Assembly (NCBI GenBank): GCA_040216665.1
Contig: JAVJOQ010000012.1
Coordinates: 20,585-84,584, forward strand
Direction: 5' to 3'
Length of the DNA: 64,000 nucleotides
Source: Cyclobacteriaceae bacterium
GTDB lineage: Bacteria > Bacteroidota > Bacteroidia > Cytophagales > Cyclobacteriaceae
How positions within the stretch are numbered: position 1 is the stretch's first letter; every line of letters starts with the position of its first letter. Under the pieces are notes generated by a model. The model worked only from the letters and a program-made list of their open reading frames with translations, did no database searches and was not told where the DNA came from. Below are positions 10,155 through 19,203 of this stretch, piece by piece. Made by a program: the position numbers and the translations under genes.

Positions 10155-11843
10155 CTAATAACCCACCGCTGTATCGTCTCCTCTTGGATCTGCACCACCC
10201 TCTAATCTACCATCAGGTAACACGAGAATAGCGTCTACTCTTCCTATTCCTCCGCGCATACCAAACTTGTGTCCCATCTTCACCAGCTGTAAACTATCTG
10301 CTTCAGTAAAAGCACCTTGTTCGTTGAAGACCATATCGGGTAACCATTGGCTATGAAAACGTTTTGCATTCACAGCTTCCTGCATTCCCATTTTATGGTC
10401 GATAACATCCACAATAATTTGAAATACAGAAGTGATAATGGTTGTTCCACCTGGTGTACCCACGACCATTAGTAATTTTCCGTCTTTCTCCACTATGGTA
10501 GGAGTCATAGAGCTCAGCATGCGTTTGCCCGGCTCAATTTTATTGGCTTCTCCACCAACTGCACCATACATATTGGGTACGCCCGGCTTAGCGCTAAAGT
10601 CATCCATTTCATTGTTGAGTAAAAAACCTGAACCACCTACGATTACTTTGGATCCATAACCACCGTTGAGTGTAGTTGTCACCGACACCGCGTTCCCGTC
10701 CTTGTCCACGATAGAAAGATGCGTGGTCTCTTCTGATTCTTTCATGGCTATTGTTCCTTCCGAGATGGCAGTACTAGGTGTAGCTGCCTCTGGATTAAAA
10801 CTCTCCATTCGGTTGGTTGTATAGGAGAGTGCAGTCAGTTCACTAACGGGAACTTTGACAAAATCGGGATCGCCTAGGTAGTGCGCGCGATCTGCGTAAG
10901 CTCTTCTTTCAGCTTCGACAATCAGGTGAACACTTTTGGTTGTATTCCATCCCCACTCATCGATTGGGTAATTGGAAACAGAATTAAGTAGTTGCATAAG
11001 TGCCACACCGCCACTAGATGGGGGAGGCATTGAAATAATTTTATGTCCTCTATAAGTACTGGTCAGTGGTGTTCTCCAAATGGCTTCATAGCCTTTTAAA
11101 TCTTCCAGAGAAATTAATCCTTTTCCTCTTTCCATTTCTGCCACAATGTTGTCAGCGGTTGGTCCTTCATAAAAACCTGCTCTTCCATTATCACGAATCA
11201 ATTCTAAAGTATGACCTAGGTCCTTATTCCAAATAGAATCACCTGCCGACCATTTATCGCTTAAAAACTGAGCGGGAGTAACCGTGCTGTATTTTTTAAA
11301 AACTTCTGCAACTCGGTTGAGACCAGCCGCTTCTTTTTCTGTGAGCGTAAAACCATTGTTAGCTAAATCAATGGCAGGTTGCACCAATTCTTTCCAATCC
11401 AGCTTGCCATATTTCTTATGCGCAGCCTCTAGTCCAGCAACGGTTCCGGGTATTCCGCTTGCCAAATGACCTGCAGTACTCAATTCTGAGTTGGCCTCTC
11501 CCGTTTCTCCAATATACATATTGGTGGTCGCCTTTGCCGGTGCAGCTTCCCTATAATCAAGTGCATCAATTGATCCGTCATTAAATCTGGCTACCATAAA
11601 ACCGCCTCCACCAATATTGCCAGCACCAGGGTAAACAACGGCTAGGGCAAATTGAACGGCAATGGATGCATCTACAGCATTACCTCCCTTTTGTAAAATA
11701 GATAACCCAGCATTAGAAGCTAAAGGATGGGCGGACACTACCATTGCATTATCGGTAGTTAATCCAACTACTGGTGTTTTGACCTCTTTTGTTTGACAAG
11801 AAACTAGTACAACTGCCAATAGTAGGGTAAAGATGCGGCTCAT
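10155..11843 (-). CDS. ggt: gamma-glutamyltransferase
   Basis: Lipoprotein-type signal ([10 protein letters not shown]). Autoprocessing/nucleophile site [10 protein letters not shown], then [17 protein letters not shown] and GTPGGTTII motifs. Confidence 0.9.
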   Translation of the reverse strand: MSRIFTLLLAVVLVSCQTKEVKTPVVGLTTDNAMVVSAHPLASNAGLSILQKGGNAVDASIAVQFALAVVYPGAGNIGGGGFMVARFNDGSIDALDYREAAPAKATTNMYIGETGEANSELSTAGHLASGIPGTVAGLEAAHKKYGKLDWKELVQPAIDLANNGFTLTEKEAAGLNRVAEVFKKYSTVTPAQFLSDKWSAGDSIWNKDLGHTLELIRDNGRAGFYEGPTADNIVAEMERGKGLISLEDLKGYEAIWRTPLTSTYRGHKIISMPPPSSGGVALMQLLNSVSNYPIDEWGWNTTKSVHLIVEAERRAYADRAHYLGDPDFVKVPVSELTALSYTTNRMESFNPEAATPSTAISEGTIAMKESEETTHLSIVDKDGNAVSVTTTLNGGYGSKVIVGGSGFLLNNEMDDFSAKPGVPNMYGAVGGEANKIEPGKRMLSSMTPTIVEKDGKLLMVVGTPGGTTIITSVFQIIVDVIDHKMGMQEAVNAKRFHSQWLPDMVFNEQGAFTEADSLQLVKMGHKFGMRGGIGRVDAILVLPDGRLEGGADPRGDDTAVGY

Positions 11844-11898
11844 AGAAATGGGTTTTGGTTTCTGGCGATAAATGTATTACTTCAACGCTAACAAAACT

Positions 11899-12525
11899 AT
11901 GAGTTTAAGGAAAGAAAAAGCCGCTCGTCTAAAGTTGTCGGTTCTTGAGCATACGCTAAAACTAATCGGCAAAAAGTCTTTCGATGCCATCTACGTGGAT
12001 GAGATATGCGCTAAAACTAAAATCAGCAAAGTAACCCTCTTTAAATACTTCCCTCAAAAGGAAGATATCCTGTTATACTATTTCAGGGTATGGTGTTTAC
12101 GCAGGGCAGTCGATTTAAATGAAAAGCCAAAAGAGGGAATGGCTGGAATTACCTATCTTTTTGACAAGTTGAGTGAGGAGTGTGAATCTCACCCCGGAAT
12201 GATATTGAGTCTGTTTGGTTACCTGGCAGATTTAAGACGGCCGCCAAAACCTTTTCCAGTGAAGCTGGAAGAGAAGCAGTTATTATATCCCAACATGGAA
12301 AACATTTCAGGTATTGATATACAGTCCGTTGATCAAATGTTTGAGAAGTTTACACTTGAAGCTATTTTCAAAAAAGAGATTACCAAATCGGCATCTACCC
12401 GAGACATTTCTCATTTGTTCACTACCGTTTTTTATGGGTCGGTGCTAACAGCTCACATCCAACAAATTGGTAATCTGAAATTCTTTTTTAGGAAAAACGT
12501 GGAATTGGTAGCTAAGGGCCTGTGA
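11899..12525 (+). CDS. TetR/AcrR family transcriptional regulator
   Basis: N-terminal HTH (SFDAIYVDEICAKTKISKVTLFKYFPQKEDIL). ATG 11899 is preferred over ATG 11872 because it gives the usual N-terminal length. Divergent from ggt. Confidence 0.8.
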   Translation: MSLRKEKAARLKLSVLEHTLKLIGKKSFDAIYVDEICAKTKISKVTLFKYFPQKEDILLYYFRVWCLRRAVDLNEKPKEGMAGITYLFDKLSEECESHPGMILSLFGYLADLRRPPKPFPVKLEEKQLLYPNMENISGIDIQSVDQMFEKFTLEAIFKKEITKSASTRDISHLFTTVFYGSVLTAHIQQIGNLKFFFRKNVELVAKGL

Positions 12526-12526
12526 C

Positions 12527-12733
12527 CTAGCCTTTCATCCTTACTGTTTTTGTTCCTTGTTTTTCAAACCATCGGATCCGTATCCGACCTACTTGTATTT
12601 TTTTATGCCATTTGTGGTTCTTGTACCAGGTATGGTGGATACGAGGCTTCTTTACTTTTACTGTACGGTAATTGTGCCGACTGCAGGCAGTCAGAAAAAG
12701 AACAAACGCTACGGAAAGAAGAAGTCTTATCAT
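12527..12733 (-). CDS. small, highly basic lipoprotein
   Basis: Convincing SpII signal with lipobox (VAFVLFLTAC). The rest is Lys/Arg/His-rich. Preferred over two overlapping plus-strand ORFs that have no such features. Confidence 0.5.
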   Translation of the reverse strand: MIRLLLSVAFVLFLTACSRHNYRTVKVKKPRIHHTWYKNHKWHKKIQVGRIRIRWFEKQGTKTVRMKG

Positions 12734-12863
12734 TTAGAAGCACCTAAAGTATTACAATATTTCTATCGGCAGAAGTCTGTACGTTAAATCAACGTGACTT
12801 TTGCCGGAAGGAATACATTTCTTAAAAGGATTATAAATATGAAAAGGATTTCTGAATCGATGT

Positions 12864-12894
12864 TTTGGATAGAATGGGGCAACTGCTATCTTTG
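12864..12894 (+). promoter_or_regulatory. Bacteroidota sigma-A type promoter (-33 TTTG / -7 TATCTTTG) for the tRNA locus
   Basis: TTTG at 12864-12867, a 19-nt spacer, then TATCTTTG at 12887-12894. The first tRNA-like unit starts 27 nt downstream. Confidence 0.45.
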
Positions 12895-12920
12895 CGCACC
12901 GATTTAGGCCGGTTAGGTTT

Positions 12921-12991
12921 GGTCTGGTAGTTCAGCTGGTTAGAATGTCCCGCTTGTGGCGGGAAGGTCGCGGGAATCCCGCGAAGTCAGC
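12921..12991 (+). pseudogene. degenerate tRNA-like unit 1
   Basis: The first 26 nt are identical to tRNA-Asp (acceptor 5' strand plus D-arm). Altered but paired anticodon arm TCCCG-CTTGTGG-CGGGA. The T-loop is reduced to AAT. The 3' end AGTCAGC cannot pair with GGTCTGG. Confidence 0.7.
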
Positions 12992-13009
12992 TAAATTGCA
13001 AAAAGTATT

Positions 13010-13080
13010 GGTCTGGTAGTTCAGCTGGTTAGAATGTCCCGCTTGTGGCGGGAAGGTCGCGGGAATCCCACGAAGTCAGC
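13010..13080 (+). pseudogene. degenerate tRNA-like unit 2
   Basis: Copy of unit 1 at an 89-nt period. The only difference is A13070 versus G12981. The 18-nt spacer TAAATTGCAAAAAGTATT is the same. Confidence 0.7.
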
Positions 13081-13098
13081 TAAATTGCAAAAAGTATT

Positions 13099-13172
13099 GG
13101 TCTGGTAGTTCAGCTGGTTAGAATGCCTGCCTGTCACGCAGGAGGTCGCGGGTTCGAGTCCCGTCCAGACCG
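13099..13172 (+). tRNA. tRNA-Asp (anticodon GTC)
   Basis: Full cloverleaf by eye: acceptor GGTCTGG/CCAGACC, D-arm GTTC-AGCTGGTTA-GAAT, anticodon arm CCTGC-CTGTCAC-GCAGG, T-arm GCGGG-TTCGAGT-CCCGT, discriminator G. CCA is not encoded. Confidence 0.95.
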
Positions 13173-13175
13173 CAA

Positions 13176-13214
13176 AAGCTTTGATTTTGAAAGAAATCAG
13201 AGCTTTTTTGTTTT
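13176..13214 (+). terminator. intrinsic terminator after tRNA-Asp
   Basis: 12-bp stem AAGCTTTGATTT/AAATCAGAGCTT (one G-U pair) with a 6-nt loop, followed by TTTTGTTTT. Confidence 0.8.
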
Positions 13215-13254
13215 AAGGGCATTGATTTAAACATGCCCATCCAATTAATCCTGC

Positions 13255-13262
13255 TATTTTTG
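13255..13262 (+). promoter_or_regulatory. -7 box TATTTTTG upstream of accA
   Basis: Exact TAnnTTTG match ending 17 nt before the accA ATG. Confidence 0.35.
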
Positions 13263-13279
13263 TATCAACGATAGCTACT

Positions 13280-14227
13280 ATGGAACTGGATTTTGAAAAG
13301 CCCATCGCTGAATTAGAGGCGAAACTCGAAGACATGAAGGAATTAGCCAAGGATAGTGACAAGGATGTGCAGACGGCCATCAGCGCACTTGAAAAGAAAA
13401 TAAAGGCGCTTAAAAAAGAAACCTTCGAAAACCTGACTGGCTGGCAACGTGTTCAGTTGTCCCGCCATCCCGATAGACCCTACACCTTAGATTACATCTA
13501 TGAGATGACATCTGACTTCGTTGAGTTATATGGAGACAGAAGTGTGGCTGATGATAAGGCAATGATAGGTGGACTTGGTACTATTGATGGACAGACCTTT
13601 ATGATCATCGGTCAGCAAAAAGGTAGAAATACAAAGCAGCGTCAGTATAGAAACTTCGGCATGGCCAATCCTGAAGGGTACCGCAAGGCCCTCCGGCTAA
13701 TGAAGATGGCTGAGAAGTTTAACAAGCCAATTATAACATTAATAGATACTCCGGGAGCGTTTCCTGGATTGGAAGCAGAAGAACGTGGACAGGGAGAAGC
13801 AATTGCCCGTAACCTAAAAGAGATGTTCATGCTTAAAGTGCCTATCATTTGTATCGTTATAGGCGAGGGTGCTTCTGGCGGGGCATTGGGAATTGCCATT
13901 GGTGACCGGGTATTGATGTTGGAAAACTCATGGTACTCAGTTATTTCACCAGAAAACTGTTCCACTATTTTATGGAGGAGTTGGGATTATAAAGAGCAAG
14001 CTGCTGAAGTATTAAAGCTTACAGGTAAGGATATGCTTGCCAATAAACTGATTGATGGTATCATTAGCGAGCCGCTTGGTGGTGCTCACAAGGATTTGCA
14101 ATGGATGTCCAACGAAGTGAAAAGTGCCATCATGAAAAACTTCAAGGAGTTGGATCAATTGACCCCTCAGGATAGAATTTCTCAACGCATCGATAAGTTC
14201 AGCGCCATGGGAGTGGTAAAAGAATAG
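13280..14227 (+). CDS. accA: acetyl-CoA carboxylase carboxyltransferase subunit alpha
   Basis: Near full-length family resemblance: [71 protein letters not shown]. Confidence 0.95.
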   Translation: MELDFEKPIAELEAKLEDMKELAKDSDKDVQTAISALEKKIKALKKETFENLTGWQRVQLSRHPDRPYTLDYIYEMTSDFVELYGDRSVADDKAMIGGLGTIDGQTFMIIGQQKGRNTKQRQYRNFGMANPEGYRKALRLMKMAEKFNKPIITLIDTPGAFPGLEAEERGQGEAIARNLKEMFMLKVPIICIVIGEGASGGALGIAIGDRVLMLENSWYSVISPENCSTILWRSWDYKEQAAEVLKLTGKDMLANKLIDGIISEPLGGAHKDLQWMSNEVKSAIMKNFKELDQLTPQDRISQRIDKFSAMGVVKE

Positions 14228-14256
14228 CACAACTTTTCATATTTCTAAAACTATAG

Positions 14257-14285
14257 AAGGTCGTTCAATACGACCTTTTGTTTTT
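14257..14285 (+). terminator. intrinsic terminator after accA
   Basis: Stem AAGGTCG/CGACCTT followed by TTGTTTTT. Confidence 0.65.
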
Positions 14286-14315
14286 ATATTCGAATATTAC
14301 TAAAACAGAAAAATT

Positions 14316-15155
14316 GTGAATTTACATGTAATCAATACTGGTTTTTTTAAGTTGGATGGTGGAGCCATGTTTGGCGTGGTCCCAAAGTCATTGTGGCAAA
14401 GGACTAATCCTGCAGATGAAAAAAACTTATGTAGCTGGGCCATGCGCTGTTTACTTATTGAAGATGGTAATCAATTGATTTTGATTGACAATGGGATAGG
14501 AGACAAGCAAGATGATAAATTTTTAAGCCATTACTATCTGCACGGAAAGGATACCCTGACTGACTCGCTTAAGGGAGCCGGTTTTTCCAATGAAGATGTT
14601 ACTGATATGTTTCTCACCCATCTCCACTTTGATCATTGCGGTGGGGGTGTGGTCAGGAATGGGGATGGTTTTCAACTTGCATTTGAAAAAGCCAACTACT
14701 GGTCGAACGAGGACCATTGGAAGTGGGCAACAGTGCCCAACGATCGGGAGAAAGCCAGTTTTTTGAAAGAGAATATAATGCCCATGAAGGAAAGCGGTCA
14801 TTTGAAAATGATCGATCAATTGGCTCCTTCACCTTTCTCTACGTTTGATATTGGTTATGTTTCTGGCCACACCGACAAAATGATGATTCCTAAAATCAAA
14901 TACAAGGATAAAGTGATTTGCTACATGGCCGACTTGCTGCCTTCCGTGGGGCACATTCCTTTGCCTTATGTGATGAGCTACGACACCAGACCCTTAATTA
15001 CACTGGAAGAAAAGAAAGCATTCCTTAATGAAGCAGCAGATAGGGGTTATATTTTATTTCTTGAGCATGATCCTGAAAATGAATGTTGCACAGTAAAACA
15101 TACTGAAAAAGGTGTAAGGCTAGATCAAACGTTTTCATTGAAAGAAATTTTATGA
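14316..15155 (+). CDS. MBL-fold metallo-hydrolase
   Basis: GTG start. HxHxDH motif THLHFDHCGG and a later GHTD motif. Its stop overlaps the next gene start by 4 nt. Confidence 0.8.
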   Translation: MNLHVINTGFFKLDGGAMFGVVPKSLWQRTNPADEKNLCSWAMRCLLIEDGNQLILIDNGIGDKQDDKFLSHYYLHGKDTLTDSLKGAGFSNEDVTDMFLTHLHFDHCGGGVVRNGDGFQLAFEKANYWSNEDHWKWATVPNDREKASFLKENIMPMKESGHLKMIDQLAPSPFSTFDIGYVSGHTDKMMIPKIKYKDKVICYMADLLPSVGHIPLPYVMSYDTRPLITLEEKKAFLNEAADRGYILFLEHDPENECCTVKHTEKGVRLDQTFSLKEIL

Positions 15156-15916
15156 AAATAGGATTGGCATTGTCTGGAGGAGGAGCGAGAGGAATTGCCC
15201 ATATAGGAGTTTTAAAGGCTTTGGATGAAATGGGTGTAAAACCCACTGTGCTCTCAGGAACATCAGCAGGATCTCTTGTCGGAGCGCTTTATGGCTATGG
15301 TTATTCACCGGACGATATTTTCGATATCATCAAGCAAGTTTCAATATTTAGATCTGTAAGACCTGCCTGGGCATGGAGTGGATTACTCACCATGGATGGG
15401 TTGCGGGAGTTGTTGATCAACTCATTGCCAGAGAATAATTTTGACGCCCTTAAAATTCCTTTAATAATCGCAGCGACAGAAATAAGAAAAGGAGAGATAA
15501 ATTATTTCAGTGAAGGAGAACTTATCCCTGCCATTGTTGCTAGCTGTTCAGTTCCAGCAGTTTTTAACCCAGTAAGTTTCAATGGTGGGTTATTTGTAGA
15601 TGGAGGTATTTGTGATAATTTACCCTGCAAACCCATTACAACAATGTGTGACTTATTAATAGGTTCTCATTGCAATCCTATCAGCAATAATTTTGATGCA
15701 AAAAACCTGAAGGTAGTTGTAGAAAGAAGTTTGTTAATGGCCATCAATGGCAATACAAAACAGAGCAAAGCGATGTGTGATGTAGTGATAGAGCCGAAAA
15801 AACTAGATCAGTTCAGTAGTTTTGAAATAGCTAAGGCAAAGGAAATTTTTGATATTGGGTATCACTACACCATGGAGAATTTCACTGCAGCAAATTTTCA
15901 AAAACAAATAGCATGA
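15152..15916 (+). CDS. patatin-like phospholipase
   Basis: Oxyanion GGGARG, nucleophile elbow GTSAG, catalytic DGG (FVDGGICDN). 4-nt overlaps with both neighbours. Confidence 0.85.
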   Translation: MKIGLALSGGGARGIAHIGVLKALDEMGVKPTVLSGTSAGSLVGALYGYGYSPDDIFDIIKQVSIFRSVRPAWAWSGLLTMDGLRELLINSLPENNFDALKIPLIIAATEIRKGEINYFSEGELIPAIVASCSVPAVFNPVSFNGGLFVDGGICDNLPCKPITTMCDLLIGSHCNPISNNFDAKNLKVVVERSLLMAINGNTKQSKAMCDVVIEPKKLDQFSSFEIAKAKEIFDIGYHYTMENFTAANFQKQIA

Positions 15917-17925
15917 GTAAAGTACTGCATACTTTCAGTGAACAAATTGAACAGGGCATTCCTGATGAGTTACCATCTATTCGCCAGTATGATCCGTTGG
16001 TGAGTTATGCTCCAAGAAGAAAAGACATACTTTCAGTTACTGAAAAAAAACTAGCTATAAAAAATGCTCTCAGGTATTTCCCTGAGAGAATGCATATTGA
16101 ATTGGCTCATGAATTTTATAAGGAGTTGTCGGAGTATGGAAGGATTTATATGTATCGATTGATGCCTAATTATGAAATGAAGGCAAGGCCCATCGATGAA
16201 TATCCAGCCAAATGCAAACAAGCTGCTGCAATCATGCTGATGATTCAAAACAACCTTGACCCTGCAGTTGCGCAGCATCCTCATGAGCTCATTACTTACG
16301 GTGGCAATGGCGCAGTCTTTCAGAATTGGGCGCAGTACCTGCTTACCATGAAGTACTTGTCGCAGATGACCGATGAGCAAACTTTGCACATGTACTCCGG
16401 CCACCCTATGGGATTGTTTCCTTCATCAAAAGAAGCACCCCGTGTGGTTGTTACCAATGGTATGATGATCCCTAACTATTCAAAGCAAGATGACTGGGAG
16501 AAGTTCAATGCCTTAGGAGTAACGCAGTATGGTCAGATGACAGCGGGCTCTTATATGTACATTGGTCCGCAGGGAATTGTGCATGGAACAAACATTACTA
16601 TACTTAATGCGGGAAGAAAGATTTCAAAAAGTGGGGAAGGCTTGGCTGGAAAACTTTTTGTGACTTCTGGTTTGGGAGGAATGAGCGGGGCACAACCTAA
16701 GGCAGGGAATATTGCGGGTTGTATTACAGTGGCGGCAGAAGTGAATCCTAAGGCTGCTGAAAAAAGGCATGCTCAGGGTTGGGTGGATGAAATTCTGACT
16801 GATATGAGTGCATTGATTGACAGAGTGAAGGTGGCCAAGGAAAATAAAGAAGTAGTCTCTATTGCCTATCAGGGCAACATTGTGGATGTGTGGGAGAGAT
16901 TTGATAAAGAGAATATTTTTATTGATTTGGGCTCGGATCAAACCTCATTGCACAATCCCTGGGCAGGTGGTTATTATCCTGTAGGACTAACTTATGAAGA
17001 AAGTAATGAGCTGATGGCACATCAACCTGAAGCATTCAAACTGAAAGTGAAGGATACATTGAGGCGCCACGCTACTGCGGTAAATAAACACACAGCAAAG
17101 GGAACCTACTTTTTTGATTATGGAAATGCCTTTTTACTGGAGGCTTCACGAGCGGGTGCTGAAGTAATGGCTGAGGACGGAATAAACTTTCGATATCCAT
17201 CCTACGTTCAGGACATTATGGGCCCGATGTGTTTTGACTTTGGTTTTGGCCCTTTCCGTTGGGTCTGCACTTCTGGAAGTGAAGATGACCTTGACAAAAC
17301 AGATGCAATAGCAGCTGAGGTGCTGGAAAAAATTAAAGTGAATGCACCAGAAGAAATACAATCGCAATTGTCAGATAACATCAACTGGATAAAAGCGGCA
17401 AAAGCTAATAAACTGGTTGTTGGCTCCAAGGCAAGAATCTTATATGCCGATGCTGAGGGTAGAATGAAAATAGCATTGGCGTTTAATGAAGCCATTAAGA
17501 AAGGTGAAATAGGTGCAGTTGTACTGGGCCGTGATCATCATGATGTTTCTGGTACGGATAGTCCTTTCAGAGAAACATCCAACATTTATGATGGATCACA
17601 GTTTACTGCTGACATGGCCATTCATAATGTGATTGGTGATTCCTTTAGGGGAGCCACTTGGGTTTCTATTCATAATGGAGGCGGAGTAGGATGGGGGGAA
17701 GTAATCAATGGCGGATTTGGAATGCTACTGGACGGAACAAAGCAAGTGGATATAAGAATAAAATCCATGCTGCATTTTGATGTGAACAACGGAATCGCCC
17801 GAAGGGCATGGGCACAAAATAAGGAAGCTGTAAGCGCAATAAGCAGAGCTCAGCAACTTGAAGCGCAGCTTACAGTGACGATGGCACATCACGCAAGTGA
17901 TGATTTAATTGATCAATTATTCTAA
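15913..17925 (+). CDS. hutU: urocanate hydratase, long (about 670 aa) form
   Basis: Urocanase motifs throughout: LITYGGNGAVFQNW, GHPMGLFP, MIPNYS, GQMTAGSYMYIGPQGIVHGT, GLGGMSGAQ, GRDHHDVSGTDSP, IHNGGGVGWG. Confidence 0.9.
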   Translation: MSKVLHTFSEQIEQGIPDELPSIRQYDPLVSYAPRRKDILSVTEKKLAIKNALRYFPERMHIELAHEFYKELSEYGRIYMYRLMPNYEMKARPIDEYPAKCKQAAAIMLMIQNNLDPAVAQHPHELITYGGNGAVFQNWAQYLLTMKYLSQMTDEQTLHMYSGHPMGLFPSSKEAPRVVVTNGMMIPNYSKQDDWEKFNALGVTQYGQMTAGSYMYIGPQGIVHGTNITILNAGRKISKSGEGLAGKLFVTSGLGGMSGAQPKAGNIAGCITVAAEVNPKAAEKRHAQGWVDEILTDMSALIDRVKVAKENKEVVSIAYQGNIVDVWERFDKENIFIDLGSDQTSLHNPWAGGYYPVGLTYEESNELMAHQPEAFKLKVKDTLRRHATAVNKHTAKGTYFFDYGNAFLLEASRAGAEVMAEDGINFRYPSYVQDIMGPMCFDFGFGPFRWVCTSGSEDDLDKTDAIAAEVLEKIKVNAPEEIQSQLSDNINWIKAAKANKLVVGSKARILYADAEGRMKIALAFNEAIKKGEIGAVVLGRDHHDVSGTDSPFRETSNIYDGSQFTADMAIHNVIGDSFRGATWVSIHNGGGVGWGEVINGGFGMLLDGTKQVDIRIKSMLHFDVNNGIARRAWAQNKEAVSAISRAQQLEAQLTVTMAHHASDDLIDQLF

Positions 17926-17934
17926 GACAGCTTA

Positions 17935-18486
17935 ATGCTAAGGCAGCTTTATTTACTCTTGTTTAAAATTTTCGGTTGGAAAACACGAGGAGAATTCCCT
18001 GCTGATCTAAAAAAATATGTGATTGCTGTAGCACCTCATACCAGCAATTGGGATTTCCTTGTTGGCGTTGCAGGAAGAAGAATCCTTAAGATACATGGAA
18101 AAGCAAAATTTCTAGGGAAGAGTTCATTATTCAAACCTCCCTTCGGATGGATTTTTCGTTTGCTTGGAGGTTATCCTGTTGATCGATCCAAAAGCCAGGA
18201 CATGGTGGAGCAAGTGGCTTCTTTATTCAATACGCATGATGAATTTGTCTTGGCAATAGCACCAGAAGGAACCCGAAAGAAAGTAGATAAGTTAAAAACC
18301 GGATTTTATTACATCGCAAAAAAGGCCAATGTACCCATCGTTCCAGTTGGGTTTGATTTTCAAAAAAAGGAAATCATTGTGGCGGATCCAATGCACCTTA
18401 CCGATAGCTTTGAGAAGGATATGGATAAGTTAATAAGCTTTTACCGAACGGTAATCGGGAAAAATCCTGAATTAGGCATTTCTTAA
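17935..18486 (+). CDS. 1-acyl-sn-glycerol-3-phosphate acyltransferase-like (PlsC family)
   Basis: Acyltransferase HX4D motif (PHTSNWD) and APEGTR motif. Confidence 0.75.
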   Translation: MLRQLYLLLFKIFGWKTRGEFPADLKKYVIAVAPHTSNWDFLVGVAGRRILKIHGKAKFLGKSSLFKPPFGWIFRLLGGYPVDRSKSQDMVEQVASLFNTHDEFVLAIAPEGTRKKVDKLKTGFYYIAKKANVPIVPVGFDFQKKEIIVADPMHLTDSFEKDMDKLISFYRTVIGKNPELGIS

Positions 18487-18572
18487 CAGGGTACTGTCCG
18501 ATATCGGATATTCCGTGTGCTTTTACCTCTTAATTATTAACTTTATTTACTTAACCAACTAATCTTTAGCTT

Positions 18573-19148
18573 ATGAAAAAGATAATTGTACTCATTGTAT
18601 TTGTCGCAGGTATAGCCACATCGGGCTATTCGCAGTTTATTAAACAAGGAACTATAATCGGTGGTGGTTCATTTGAGTTTAAATCCCATAAAGATGGAGA
18701 CTCGGACAATAAAAGATCTACACTAAGCCTTATGCCATGGGCAGGTTATATGGTGATTGATAATTTTGCTGCTGGAGCGTTACTTTCTGTGTCTACACAA
18801 ACCTTCAAGTATTCTTCTGGAAAGGACACCGATACGGGTATACTATTTGGTCCTGTGGCCAGATATTATTTAGATAATGGTCTGTTTGCTCACGGACAAT
18901 TTGCTTTTGGAAGCAGTAAAAGTAAATCAGAGATTGATGGGTCAGGTACATTTGAAACTAAATTTAGCACGTCTGAACTTAGGATTGGAGCTGGATATGC
19001 TGCGCGAATTACGGATACAATTCTTTTCGAACCCATTGTTGGGTTCTTGTCTGAATCCAATAAGAACACGACTTCAAATGTAAAAAATACGGAAAGCGGA
19101 TTCTTCATTATGGCTGGCTTTACCATTTTCTTCCATTCCACCAATTAA
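18573..19148 (+). CDS. outer-membrane beta-barrel protein
   Basis: Signal peptide, alternating hydrophobic beta-strand pattern, C-terminal aromatic residue region (GFTIFFHSTN). Confidence 0.65.
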   Translation: MKKIIVLIVFVAGIATSGYSQFIKQGTIIGGGSFEFKSHKDGDSDNKRSTLSLMPWAGYMVIDNFAAGALLSVSTQTFKYSSGKDTDTGILFGPVARYYLDNGLFAHGQFAFGSSKSKSEIDGSGTFETKFSTSELRIGAGYAARITDTILFEPIVGFLSESNKNTTSNVKNTESGFFIMAGFTIFFHSTN

Positions 19149-19203
19149 TTGCAACTTTTGATAAGTTGGCTCCGTTTTTGTCGTTAGATTTGAAACAAAA
19201 TCA

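Noticed and set aside
12550-12787. Two overlapping plus-strand ORFs (65 and 76 aa) downstream of the TetR gene
   Set aside because: Neither has a signal or motif. The minus-strand ORF over the same DNA encodes a textbook SpII lipoprotein signal, so the minus strand was chosen.
12921-13080. The two upstream tRNA-like units as functional tRNA-Thr(TGT) genes
   Set aside because: The 3' end (AGTCAGC) cannot pair with the 5' acceptor strand GGTCTGG. The T-loop is only 3 nt with no TTCGA motif. Position 37 of the anticodon-like loop is G. They cannot fold into a cloverleaf, so they are reported as degenerate tRNA-like repeats.
18497-18508. Perfect 12-nt palindrome TCCGATATCGGA after the acyltransferase gene, as a terminator or operator
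   Set aside because: It is too short and has no loop, so it cannot form a stable terminator hairpin, and no U-tract follows. A single palindrome of this size is expected by chance.
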